Part shown: positions 56,098-64,000 of the stretch, piece by piece | Layout of the letters: each line of letters begins with the position of its first letter | How positions within the stretch are numbered: the stretch's first letter is position 1 | From: an uncultured Collinsella sp. | GTDB lineage: Bacteria; Actinomycetota; Coriobacteriia; Coriobacteriales; Coriobacteriaceae | Reading direction: 5' to 3' | Length of the DNA: 64,000 nt | Assembly (NCBI GenBank): GCA_900763515.1 | Contig: CAAFKO010000019.1 | Location: 1,684-65,683, forward strand | The notes under the pieces: generated by a model | Database searches by the model: none | Seen by the model: only the letters and a program-made list of their open reading frames with translations | Told to the model about the DNA's origin: nothing | Position numbers and translations under genes: made by a program

Positions 56098-56255
56098 GCG
56101 TTTTGGACGGAGATGCGCAACAGAATCGGTGTATTTGCATAGAAACGCTTGTGGTTTCTTTAAAGACACCTTAAACGCCGCTGAATATCTTTGGAAAGAA
56201 ATGCCTGCTCGGTATTATGCTGCTCGTATATAAACGGTAGCAGTCAGGAGACCAC

Positions 56256-57374
56256 GTGCGAAACAACGCATCGCGGAGCGAGTATGTGCCGCAGCATGGC
56301 AGCAGATATGAGACGAAGGGCACGCCTTCGCGTGGCCTCGCTGACGTTCGCACCCGCGTGACGAAGATTGCCGCCGTTGGGATGCTAACGTTGGCGGTTA
56401 TTATCCTCGGAATTACCGCCAAAACCTACGCGTCGGAGCGAATGGCACACTCAGATGCGTCAACGGTACAGACGCAAAACAAAAAGGTCTCTGAATCTAA
56501 AGCCACCGCAAGTCAAACCCTGTCGACAGCGAGCCTCAAGACGAGGCTTTCGAAGGCGGACTTTAACGATATTCCCTCAGGCGATACCGTGCAGACCTTC
56601 TCACTGGTTGATGACCAGATCCCCGCCCTGGAGGATGAGAGCCTCGCCGCGCTCCAAGATGCCCTGAGTCAGGCGCAGGAGCTGGGCGATGTGGGCGTGG
56701 TGTTTTACGATCTGACGAGCGGCAAGGGCGTGACGTATGACGCGGACGCCGAGGTGTACGGTGCGAGCAGTTATAAGGCACTCTATGCGTTGTACATCTG
56801 CGAATCCCTGGTCGAGACGGGCCAGGTCTCACTCGATGATTCCCTTGGCACCTATGGTGGCTACAACATGGGCTGGCAGACGGTGCGCGACCTGATCGAG
56901 GCCGCGGTCGTTAATTCGGACAACGATTCGTTTATTGCGTTACGCGCGGCGTTTGACTGTGTCGGTTACGAGGATTGGATTGTCAGTCTTGGCGTCGATT
57001 ACGATACCGCACTCGATCCGATGAGTGATTTTCCCACCTATTGCCCGCGCACTTCTGCTAGGTTATGGCGTGAGATGAGCGAGTATCTGAGCACGGATAC
57101 CGAGACTTCACAGTGGTTGTCGGGCCTTCTGGCATCAACATCGCGCTCGTTTATTCGCGATGGCATTGCGGACGATCAGGTCTCGGTGCGCAACAAGGCA
57201 GGCTGGATCAGCGAGGACGGTTGCTATTCGACATGTGATGCCGGACTGATCGACGTCGACGGCCATAGCTATGTTATGAGCATCATGACGTCGATGCCGT
57301 GGAGCGACCAATCGAGTGAGGCCGTGGCCGCGATTGCAAAGGCGCTCTATGATGTGCGGTCCTCGTTGGCCTAG
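56256..57374 (+). CDS. Membrane-anchored serine hydrolase, class A beta-lactamase-like fold
   Basis: GTG start with AGGAG upstream. N-terminal TM is IAAVGMLTLAVIILGI. SxxK (SSYK), SDN (NSDND) and a KAG triad variant are present. Confidence 0.7.
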   Translation: MRNNASRSEYVPQHGSRYETKGTPSRGLADVRTRVTKIAAVGMLTLAVIILGITAKTYASERMAHSDASTVQTQNKKVSESKATASQTLSTASLKTRLSKADFNDIPSGDTVQTFSLVDDQIPALEDESLAALQDALSQAQELGDVGVVFYDLTSGKGVTYDADAEVYGASSYKALYALYICESLVETGQVSLDDSLGTYGGYNMGWQTVRDLIEAAVVNSDNDSFIALRAAFDCVGYEDWIVSLGVDYDTALDPMSDFPTYCPRTSARLWREMSEYLSTDTETSQWLSGLLASTSRSFIRDGIADDQVSVRNKAGWISEDGCYSTCDAGLIDVDGHSYVMSIMTSMPWSDQSSEAVAAIAKALYDVRSSLA

Positions 57375-57453
57375 CGACTTCGTAAAAAGTGAAAGAGCCA
57401 AAATGCTGGTACCATACCGTGGATAAGCAATTTGCACGGATTTGGGGGATGGC

Positions 57454-58194
57454 ATGGCAACCATCGCGATCATAGGCGCACTCGAAAAAGAGGTTGCGCA
57501 GATTAAGGAAGAGCTGAGTGGCGCGCATGAGTCGCAGGAGGCGGGCTTGACCGTTGTGAACGGTGGGCTTTCGGGTCTGACGGTAGTCGCCACGACGGCA
57601 GGCATGGGGACCGTGAACGCCGCTGCCGCAACGCAGCATCTCATCAGCAAATACGCCCCGCAGGCCGTTGTGTTCTCGGGTATTGCGGGCGGCCTAAACC
57701 CTAAACTCCATATTAACGACGTGGTTATAGGCAAGTGCCTGCGCTATCTGGATACCGATACGGCACTCATCGCCGAGTCCGCGCCGGGGCTCGAGGAGTT
57801 TGTCTCGACGCCGGCGTTGGTTGATGTTGCCGCCGCCGTGCTTGCCGAGCATGGATTTGTGGATACCTCGGCGGATGAGAATTCTGCGGAGAAGGACCCC
57901 AAGCAGTTCCTGTGTGGCACTATCGCCACGGGTGACCGCTTTGTTACGGGTGACGCCATGCGTAACGCTGCGATTGAGGCCACGCATGCCGATTGCGTCG
58001 AGATGGAGGGCGCGGCAATTGCGCACATCGCGGCCAAGAATGGTGTCGATTGCCTGGTGCTGCGCGCTATCAGCGATAATTGTGACGAGGCATATGACGC
58101 GTTTTGCGAGCGCGAGTTCGATCTGGACGAGTACGCTCGCACCGCGAGCGGCATCACGCTTGACATCGTTCGTCGTATCGCTGCCGCGCAATAG
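57454..58194 (+). CDS. mtnN: 5'-methylthioadenosine/S-adenosylhomocysteine nucleosidase
   Basis: MATIAIIGALEKE, FSGIAGGL and VEMEGAAIAH are typical Pfs/MtnN blocks. Confidence 0.85.
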   Translation: MATIAIIGALEKEVAQIKEELSGAHESQEAGLTVVNGGLSGLTVVATTAGMGTVNAAAATQHLISKYAPQAVVFSGIAGGLNPKLHINDVVIGKCLRYLDTDTALIAESAPGLEEFVSTPALVDVAAAVLAEHGFVDTSADENSAEKDPKQFLCGTIATGDRFVTGDAMRNAAIEATHADCVEMEGAAIAHIAAKNGVDCLVLRAISDNCDEAYDAFCEREFDLDEYARTASGITLDIVRRIAAAQ

Positions 58195-58233
58195 CACGCC
58201 CGTTTTGTAAGAACCTACGACCAAGGAGTGTCC

Positions 58234-58824
58234 ATGGCCGATTCAATTAACTACCAGCTTGCCAAGTTCGTCGCCAGCTACGGCAAGGTTTCGCAGATCC
58301 CCGAGTCCACCTGTCCCGAGGTGAGCTTCGTTGGCCGCTCAAATGTGGGCAAGTCGTCGATTATGAACAAACTCTTTGGCCGCAAGAACCTGGTCAAGGT
58401 TTCGAGTACGCCGGGCAAGACGAGCAATATCAACTTCTTTGAGGCCGACGACGTGCATTTCGTGGACCTGCCGGGTTACGGTTTCGCCCGTCGCTCCAAG
58501 GCCGAGCGCGATCGTTGGGCCGAGCTCATCGGCGATTTCTTTGACTCCGAGCGTAGCTTTAACTTGGTCGTGTCGCTGGTGGATATTCGTCACGACCCGA
58601 GCAAGCTCGACCATGACATGATCGACTATCTGCAGGGCAACGAGTTCAACTTTATCGTCTGCCTCACCAAGGCCGACAAACTCAGCCGTACCCAGCAGGC
58701 CCGCCAAGCAGCAGCCATCAAAAAGCAGCTCAACGTCCCTGCCGAGAACGTAATCATCACAAGCTCCCAGACCGGCGTGGGCATCGACGAACTCAAAAAG
58801 CGCATCGCCGAGGCTTGCCTCTAA
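58234..58824 (+). CDS. engB: Ribosome-biogenesis GTPase EngB/YsxC
   Basis: AAGGAG lies 5 nt upstream of the ATG. G1 is GRSNVGKSS, G3 is DLPGYG, G4 is TKADK. Confidence 0.9.
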   Translation: MADSINYQLAKFVASYGKVSQIPESTCPEVSFVGRSNVGKSSIMNKLFGRKNLVKVSSTPGKTSNINFFEADDVHFVDLPGYGFARRSKAERDRWAELIGDFFDSERSFNLVVSLVDIRHDPSKLDHDMIDYLQGNEFNFIVCLTKADKLSRTQQARQAAAIKKQLNVPAENVIITSSQTGVGIDELKKRIAEACL

Positions 58825-58914
58825 TAAGTGCTCCTATCAATAAAATGCAGAACATCAGCCCGGCGACTTTCCAGAGCGTAGGTCCCTGTAGCCGCCGCCG
58901 GCGAAGTTAACATA

Positions 58915-59039
58915 GGGGAGGCCAGGGGCTTTGCCCCCAAATCTTTCCGCAGGACGGCAGGACCCCCGCCGCACGAAGTGCACAGCGGGGGTCCTGCCAT
59001 GTCCGAGGACGATTTGGGGGCAAAGCCCCTGGCCTCCCC
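58915..59039 (-). repeat. Compound palindromic element E3 (conserved-core family, inverted orientation)
   Basis: 29-bp outer stem GGGGAGGCCAGGGGCTTTGCCCCCAAATC / reverse complement. The minus strand reads TCCTCGGACATG ... TGTGCACTTCGTGCG ... TCCTGCGGAAAG. A further outer stem (58884-59067) reaches the thrB stop. Confidence 0.8.
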
Positions 59040-59060
59040 GGCGAGTATACGGGACGGCGA

Positions 59061-59942
59061 CTACAGGTATTCGATCTGGGCGCCTTCCGTGTCGCACGTC
59101 AGAATATGCGTATCACACTTGGGGAACTGCTCACGCAGCTTGACCTGCAGAAACTTTGCCACGATGGTGTCGTCGGTCACAGCCATGAGGGTCGAGCCTG
59201 AGCCGCTAATCCAGATGGTCTTAGCGCCGCCGTTAAGGCAGGTGTCGCGCACGGCGTTGTAGTCGGGAATCAGGCGGCGACGATAAGGCTCCTGAATGCG
59301 GTCGTCATTGGCAGCGGCAATCAGGTCCAGGTCACCAGTCTCCAAGCCGCGCGTCATGCCGGCGATGCGGCCCATTTGCCATACGGCGGTGGAGAGTGGA
59401 ATCTCCTGCGGCACAACCTTGCGCGCCTCGCTCGTATGCACCTCGTAGGGCGGAATCACGGTAATAAAACGCAAGCGATCGCTCACCTCATAGCGCAGGC
59501 ACTGGGGGAGCGAATCGGTCGGCGTAAAGGAGCAGACGGCGCCGCCCAAGATAGCGGGGGCGACGTTATCGGGATGGCCCTCGACCTCGGTGGCGATGCG
59601 GACGAGTTCGGCGCGGTCGACGGTGTGGCCAGTCAGTGCGGCGGCCGCCATGATGCCAGCGACGACGCAGGTGGAGCTGGAGCCCAGGCCGCGTGCGACG
59701 GGCACATCGGTTTGAATGTCGATGGCAACGGGAAAAGCCGGCTCGCCCCATGCGGCCAGCGCATCGACAAAGCTGACGTAGACTAGGTTGTTCTCGTTTT
59801 GGAATTCCTCGGGGCAGCCCGTGATGGTGAGTTTGTCGGCGCGCTCGAAGGTGAAGTGCGAGTAGAGGCTGACGGCCATGCCGAGGGTGTCGTAGCCGAT
59901 GCCTAGGTTGGCGCTGGTTGCTGGGACGGTGATCTTGATCAT
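59061..59942 (-). CDS. thrB: Homoserine kinase
   Basis: 293 aa with VPATSANLGIGYD and the GHMP motif GLGSSS. Confidence 0.9.
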   Translation of the reverse strand: MIKITVPATSANLGIGYDTLGMAVSLYSHFTFERADKLTITGCPEEFQNENNLVYVSFVDALAAWGEPAFPVAIDIQTDVPVARGLGSSSTCVVAGIMAAAALTGHTVDRAELVRIATEVEGHPDNVAPAILGGAVCSFTPTDSLPQCLRYEVSDRLRFITVIPPYEVHTSEARKVVPQEIPLSTAVWQMGRIAGMTRGLETGDLDLIAAANDDRIQEPYRRRLIPDYNAVRDTCLNGGAKTIWISGSGSTLMAVTDDTIVAKFLQVKLREQFPKCDTHILTCDTEGAQIEYL

Positions 59943-59962
59943 TGTTGTTGGTCCTCCTGGGG

Positions 59963-60071
59963 GTCGGTTTCACGCTTGCTCCGCTGCTCGGACAGTCCTG
60001 CTCGCACGAAGGCCACATTTAGTGGCCTTCGGCTCGTGCGGAACTCGCGACGGAGCAAGCGTGAAACCGAC
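59963..60071. repeat. Compound palindrome E4, possibly a diverged E-family member
   Basis: 21-bp outer stem GTCGGTTTCACGCTTGCTCCG / reverse complement. The interior has CTCGGACA and GTGCGGAA core-like segments and the inner stem GAAGGCCAC/GTGGCCTTC. Confidence 0.65.
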
Positions 60072-60104
60072 CTACGCCGTCTCCTCACCGCGCTGGGGAG
60101 CCAA

Positions 60105-60138
60105 ATTAAAAGAAAGTGCGCCGGCTTTCGCCGGCGTC
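60105..60138 (-). terminator. Rho-independent terminator after thrC
   Basis: On the minus strand, the stem ACGCCGGC/GCCGGCGC is followed by ACTTTCTTTT. Confidence 0.6.
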
Positions 60139-60149
60139 TTATAAGGGGT

Positions 60150-61667
60150 TTAGTTGGTGGCTATCTTTTTTGCAGCCTGCTCTACGTAGTTGGCCATGTC
60201 GGCTACGTCGCAGACGTCTTCGAAGCGGACGGGTTTGGATTCGAGTTCGGCGAGCTGGGCCGGTGCAACCGTGTTGGTCGCCTGCTCGAGCACGCGCATG
60301 GCCTCAAAGTCGTCCTCGGGAACGTCGAGCCCCAGGGCATCGCAGCAGGCGCGCGGGAACTTGTAGGGGCTAGCGGTCGAAAGCAGCACGCGGGCCTTGG
60401 CGCCCTCGGCGGGGGCGACCTGCTCAAAGACGTGATAACCGCAAGCGGTGTGCGGGTCGATCACGTAGCCGTTCGCATCCCAGCAACTCTTGATGGCGGC
60501 GCGGACCTCGTCCTCGCTGGCCCAGCCGCAGCCAAAGACGCTCTGAATCTTGGCCAGCAGCTCGGCGGGCACCTCGTAGCGACCAGTCTGTGCCAGCTGC
60601 TCCATAAGGCCGGCAACGAGCTCGCAGTCGCCGTCGGACAGGAAGTAGAGCATGCGCTCGAGGTTGGAGCTGATGAGGATGTCCATCGACGGCGAAATGG
60701 TCGTGAAGAACGGACGGTTGCGGTCGTAGACGCCGGTGGTCAGGAAGTCGGCGAGCACGTTGTTCTTGTCACTCGCGACGATGAGCTTGGCGACGGGCAG
60801 ACCCATGCGCTTGGCGTAGTAGCCGGCCAGGATATCGCCAAAGTTGCCGGTTGGCACGCAGAACTCCACGGCATCGCCGGTCTCGATGGCGCCGGCGCGC
60901 AGCAGCTGCGCATAGGCGGCAAAGTAGTAGACGACCTGCGGCACCAGGCGGCCGACGTTGATGGAGTTGGCGCTCGAAAGCACCGTGCCGGCGGCCTCAA
61001 GACGCTCGGCAAGCTCCTTATCGGCAAAGATACGCTTGACGGCACTCTGGGCATCGTCGAAGTTGCCGCGAATGCCGCAGACGGCGACGTTGTCGCCCTC
61101 CTGAGTGGACATCTGCAGATTCTGCACGCGGCTAACCTTGCCCTCGGGATAAAAGACGGTAATGCCCGTGCCCGGAGCATCGGCAAAACCAGCGAGTGCG
61201 GCCTTGCCCGTGTCGCCAGACGTGGCGGTGACGATCATGATGCGCTCGGCGCTGCCGTCCTTGGCAGAGGTGCGGGCCATGAGGCGGGGGAGCATCTGCA
61301 GGGCGACGTCCTTGAAGGCGCTCGTGGGGCCGCCAAAGAGCTCCATCACATAGGTCTGAGGGGCGTCGGCGCCCGGTGCGGCGTCGAGTTTGACGAGCGG
61401 CGTGACCTCTTCGCTCGCGAACGTGCCACGATATGCCTCGTCGACACACGCCGAAATTTCTTCGGCCGTGTAATCATTCAGTAACATTCCCAACACATCT
61501 TGAGCGATTTCAAAGTACGATTTATCTGCAAGCGAGCTGATATCGACCTGCTGGGTGCCAAGCTCGTCCGAGACAAACAAACCCCCGTCGGGAGCGATGC
61601 CGGTGCGGATTGCCACCTTACTTGAGCACGATAAAGTGCGTCCTCGTGTACTATGATAAGTTCCCAT
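60150..61667 (-). CDS. thrC: Threonine synthase (long form)
   Basis: Start MGTYHSTRG has GAGGAG upstream (the ORF is open to 61712). The PLP-lysine block is TATSGDTGKAA. Confidence 0.9.
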   Translation of the reverse strand: MGTYHSTRGRTLSCSSKVAIRTGIAPDGGLFVSDELGTQQVDISSLADKSYFEIAQDVLGMLLNDYTAEEISACVDEAYRGTFASEEVTPLVKLDAAPGADAPQTYVMELFGGPTSAFKDVALQMLPRLMARTSAKDGSAERIMIVTATSGDTGKAALAGFADAPGTGITVFYPEGKVSRVQNLQMSTQEGDNVAVCGIRGNFDDAQSAVKRIFADKELAERLEAAGTVLSSANSINVGRLVPQVVYYFAAYAQLLRAGAIETGDAVEFCVPTGNFGDILAGYYAKRMGLPVAKLIVASDKNNVLADFLTTGVYDRNRPFFTTISPSMDILISSNLERMLYFLSDGDCELVAGLMEQLAQTGRYEVPAELLAKIQSVFGCGWASEDEVRAAIKSCWDANGYVIDPHTACGYHVFEQVAPAEGAKARVLLSTASPYKFPRACCDALGLDVPEDDFEAMRVLEQATNTVAPAQLAELESKPVRFEDVCDVADMANYVEQAAKKIATN

Positions 61668-61771
61668 ATAACACTGCTCCTCGGATGCCTTGGTCCCAAT
61701 CGGTGAAACCATGGTATCAGAGCGCGCAAAATAGGTTCGCAGAGGCTTTTTAGAAAGGTAACCTCCAGCCC

Positions 61772-63160
61772 ATGATTAAGATTGCCAAGTTTGGCGGCTC
61801 GTCGGTCGCCGACGCCGAACACTTTAAGAAGATCAAGGCCATCGTCGATGCCGACCCGGCTCGCCGTTTTGTGGTGGTTTCCGCCTGTGGTCGCCGCTTT
61901 AAGGGCGACACCAAGGTGACCGACCTGCTCTACCTGGTTAACGCGCACGTTAAGTACCACGTGTCGTGCGAGGAGCTGCTCGAGGACATTGGCCAGCGCT
62001 ATTTTGATATCGCTGACGAGCTGGAGCTCACCTATCCCATCCGCGAGGAGTTTGCGGCCTTTGCCGAGCGCGCCCGCTCGGGCGGCTACTCTACCGAGGA
62101 GCTCGTGAGCCGCGGCGAGTACTTCACCGCTCGCCTGATGGCTGAGTACCTGGGCCTACCGTTCCTGGACGCCGCGACGGTTGTGGCGTTCCATCACGAC
62201 GGTACGCTCAGCATGAACCGCACCTCTGAGCTGGTGCAAGAGTACGGTCAGCAGGGCGGCTTCGTTATGCCTGGCTTCTACGGCGCGACGCGCGAGGGCC
62301 AGATCAAGCTGCTCGATCGAGGCGGTGGCGATATTTCCGGCTCGATTCTGGCCAAGTGCCTGGGCGCCGACCTGTACGAGAACTGGACCGACGTCTCGGG
62401 TTTCTATTCTGCTGATCCGCGTATTGTTCCCGAGGCTCAACCCATTGCGCGCGTTACCTACGAGGAGCTGCGCGAGCTTTCGTACATGGGCGCAAGTGTC
62501 CTGCACGAGGAGGCCGTGTTCCCCGTGCGCGAGGCAGGCATTCCGCTGGTCATCAAGAACACCAATGCGCCGCAGGACCCCGGCACCATCATTAGCGAGA
62601 CAGCTGATGAGGGCGAGGCGGAGCCCATCATTACCGGCGTGACCGGCAAGCGCGGCTTTGTCGCCATCAACGTTGCCCGCGACCGCACCAAGCCCCGTGT
62701 CGGCTTTATGCGCCGTGCGCTTTCGGTCTTCGAGCGCTATGACGTTTCCGTCGAGCACATGCCCACCGGTGTCGACCGTTTTGGCGCCGTGGTGCAGGAG
62801 CAGGACGTGCACGACTCGCTGTACTCGCTCGTGGGCGACATTCAGCAGGAGGTCGAGCCGCTCGAGATCGAGGTTGTCGAGGGCCTGGCGCTTATCGCGA
62901 CCGTTGGTCGCAACCTGCGCGGTCGTGCCGGCATCTCTGGCCACCTGTTTGGCATGCTTGGCCAGGCCGGCGTGAGCGTGCGTATGATTTCGCAGAGCTG
63001 CGACGAGATCAACATCATCATCGGTGTCGAGGAGAAGGACTTCGACCTGGCGATTCAGACCATCTACCGTGCTTTCTCCGACGAGAACGGTATCGTGAAG
63101 GTCTCCGACCTGGAGGCTCCCGCGCCGGTCGATCCCGCTCTGGACGCGCTCCGCAAGTAG
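61772..63160 (+). CDS. Aspartate kinase
   Basis: MIKIAKFGGSSVADAEHF is the kinase N-terminus. The C-terminal region is ACT-like. 462 aa. Confidence 0.88.
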   Translation: MIKIAKFGGSSVADAEHFKKIKAIVDADPARRFVVVSACGRRFKGDTKVTDLLYLVNAHVKYHVSCEELLEDIGQRYFDIADELELTYPIREEFAAFAERARSGGYSTEELVSRGEYFTARLMAEYLGLPFLDAATVVAFHHDGTLSMNRTSELVQEYGQQGGFVMPGFYGATREGQIKLLDRGGGDISGSILAKCLGADLYENWTDVSGFYSADPRIVPEAQPIARVTYEELRELSYMGASVLHEEAVFPVREAGIPLVIKNTNAPQDPGTIISETADEGEAEPIITGVTGKRGFVAINVARDRTKPRVGFMRRALSVFERYDVSVEHMPTGVDRFGAVVQEQDVHDSLYSLVGDIQQEVEPLEIEVVEGLALIATVGRNLRGRAGISGHLFGMLGQAGVSVRMISQSCDEINIIIGVEEKDFDLAIQTIYRAFSDENGIVKVSDLEAPAPVDPALDALRK

Positions 63161-63233
63161 CTGCCATCCCGGTGCATTTTTGGGACATGTCTCATAAATC
63201 TACGGTGGGGCGTTTCATTTCGGTTTCGTTTCG

Positions 63234-63268
63234 ACGGGGCGGGTTTTGTATCCGCCCCGTTCTTGTAT
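63234..63268 (+). terminator. Rho-independent terminator after aspartate kinase
   Basis: The stem ACGGGGCGG/CCGCCCCGT is followed by TCTTGTAT. Confidence 0.6.
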
Positions 63269-63335
63269 AAACTGGGCAAGAATATCCAGCCTGCTTGGCG
63301 TGCGGGCGATAGCCACAACCTTTAAAGGGGGAAGC

Positions 63336-64000
63336 ATGAAACAGTACACGGTTGCTATTTTGGGCGCGACGGGAGCCGTGGGCACCCAGATGCTCGAGTG
63401 CCTCAACGAGCAGGAGTTCCCGGTCGGCAAGCTCAAGCTGTTGGCAAGCGCACGCTCCGCGGGCAAGACCGTTGAGTTCCGCGGCGAGCAAATCGTGATC
63501 GAAGAGGCTTGCCCCGAGGCCTTTGAGGGCTGCGACATCGTGCTCGGCGCTGCCGGCGACGATATCGCCAAGGAGCTGCTGCCCGAGGCCGTCAAGCGCG
63601 GAGCCGTCGTGGTCGACAACAGCCACGCCTTCCGCATGGATCCCGAGGTGCCGCTGGTCGTGCCCGAGATCAATGCCGACGATATCAAATGGCATCACGG
63701 CCTTATCGCCAATCCCAACTGCGCGACCATTATCGGCCTGGTCCCCACGTGGCCGCTACATCGGCTCGCTGGCGTGAAGCGCATGATCGTCTCGACGTAC
63801 CAGGCGGCTTCGGGTGCTGGCGCTCCCGGTATGGCCGAGCTCGAGGCTCAGCTGGCCGCCCTGGGCCGTGGCGAGGAGATTCCCGAGCCGCGCGCGTTTG
63901 CCGCCCAGCTGGCGAGCAACCTGATTCCGCAGATTGGCGGCGTCAAGGAGGAGGGCTTTACCTCCGAGGAGATGAAACTGCAGAACGAGGGCCGCAAGAT
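63336..64000 (+). CDS. asd: Aspartate-semialdehyde dehydrogenase, 3' end beyond window
   Basis: My own translation from ATG 63336 (not in the ORF track because no stop lies in the window): MKQYTVAILGATGAVGTQ...IANPNCATII...STYQAASGAG. GGGGGAAG RBS is present. Confidence 0.88.
   Translation, partial: MKQYTVAILGATGAVGTQMLECLNEQEFPVGKLKLLASARSAGKTVEFRGEQIVIEEACPEAFEGCDIVLGAAGDDIAKELLPEAVKRGAVVVDNSHAFRMDPEVPLVVPEINADDIKWHHGLIANPNCATIIGLVPTWPLHRLAGVKRMIVSTYQAASGAGAPGMAELEAQLAALGRGEEIPEPRAFAAQLASNLIPQIGGVKEEGFTSEEMKLQNEGRK

Overview
High-GC (about 60%) chromosomal DNA. Gene content and GC suggest a Coriobacteriia genome (Collinsella/Olsenella-like); this is an inference and was not verified. Nt 2,100-36,800 form a dense galactoside/galactose utilisation super-locus. 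It holds three tandem paralogous cassettes, each with a LacI-family regulator, a LacE-type PTS EIICB and a GH1 6-phospho-beta-galactosidase/glucosidase, plus a single EIIA (lacF). It also holds tagatose-6-phosphate genes (lacA, lacB, lacX-like, lacC, a class II aldolase with a DeoR regulator), Leloir genes (galM, galK, galT with a GalR-like repressor) and an MglBAC-type ABC importer. An FprA flavodiiron protein and an orphan EIIB are interspersed. The remainder encodes a NUDIX-Vsr fusion, a BceAB-like ABC pair, DAHP synthase, MarR plus a heterodimeric ABC exporter, and SDR plus KdgT. It continues with a pyruvate formate-lyase split into a 683-aa core and a separate 83-aa glycyl-radical subunit, DegV, PflA, a serine hydrolase, MtnN, EngB, thrB, thrC, aspartokinase and asd (3' truncated). 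I saw no rRNA, tRNA, CRISPR array, transposase, integrase or phage genes. The non-coding DNA is unusually structured. It contains a TGTTACAGAT hairpin repeat in arrays at the lac cassette borders and a family of 110-185-bp compound palindromes with a conserved core. It also contains hairpins with a conserved GGACAG loop, family-specific LacI-type operators, and a recurrent CGGTGAACGGTA promoter-region motif. All functional calls rest on motif and family recognition by eye; no database search was run.
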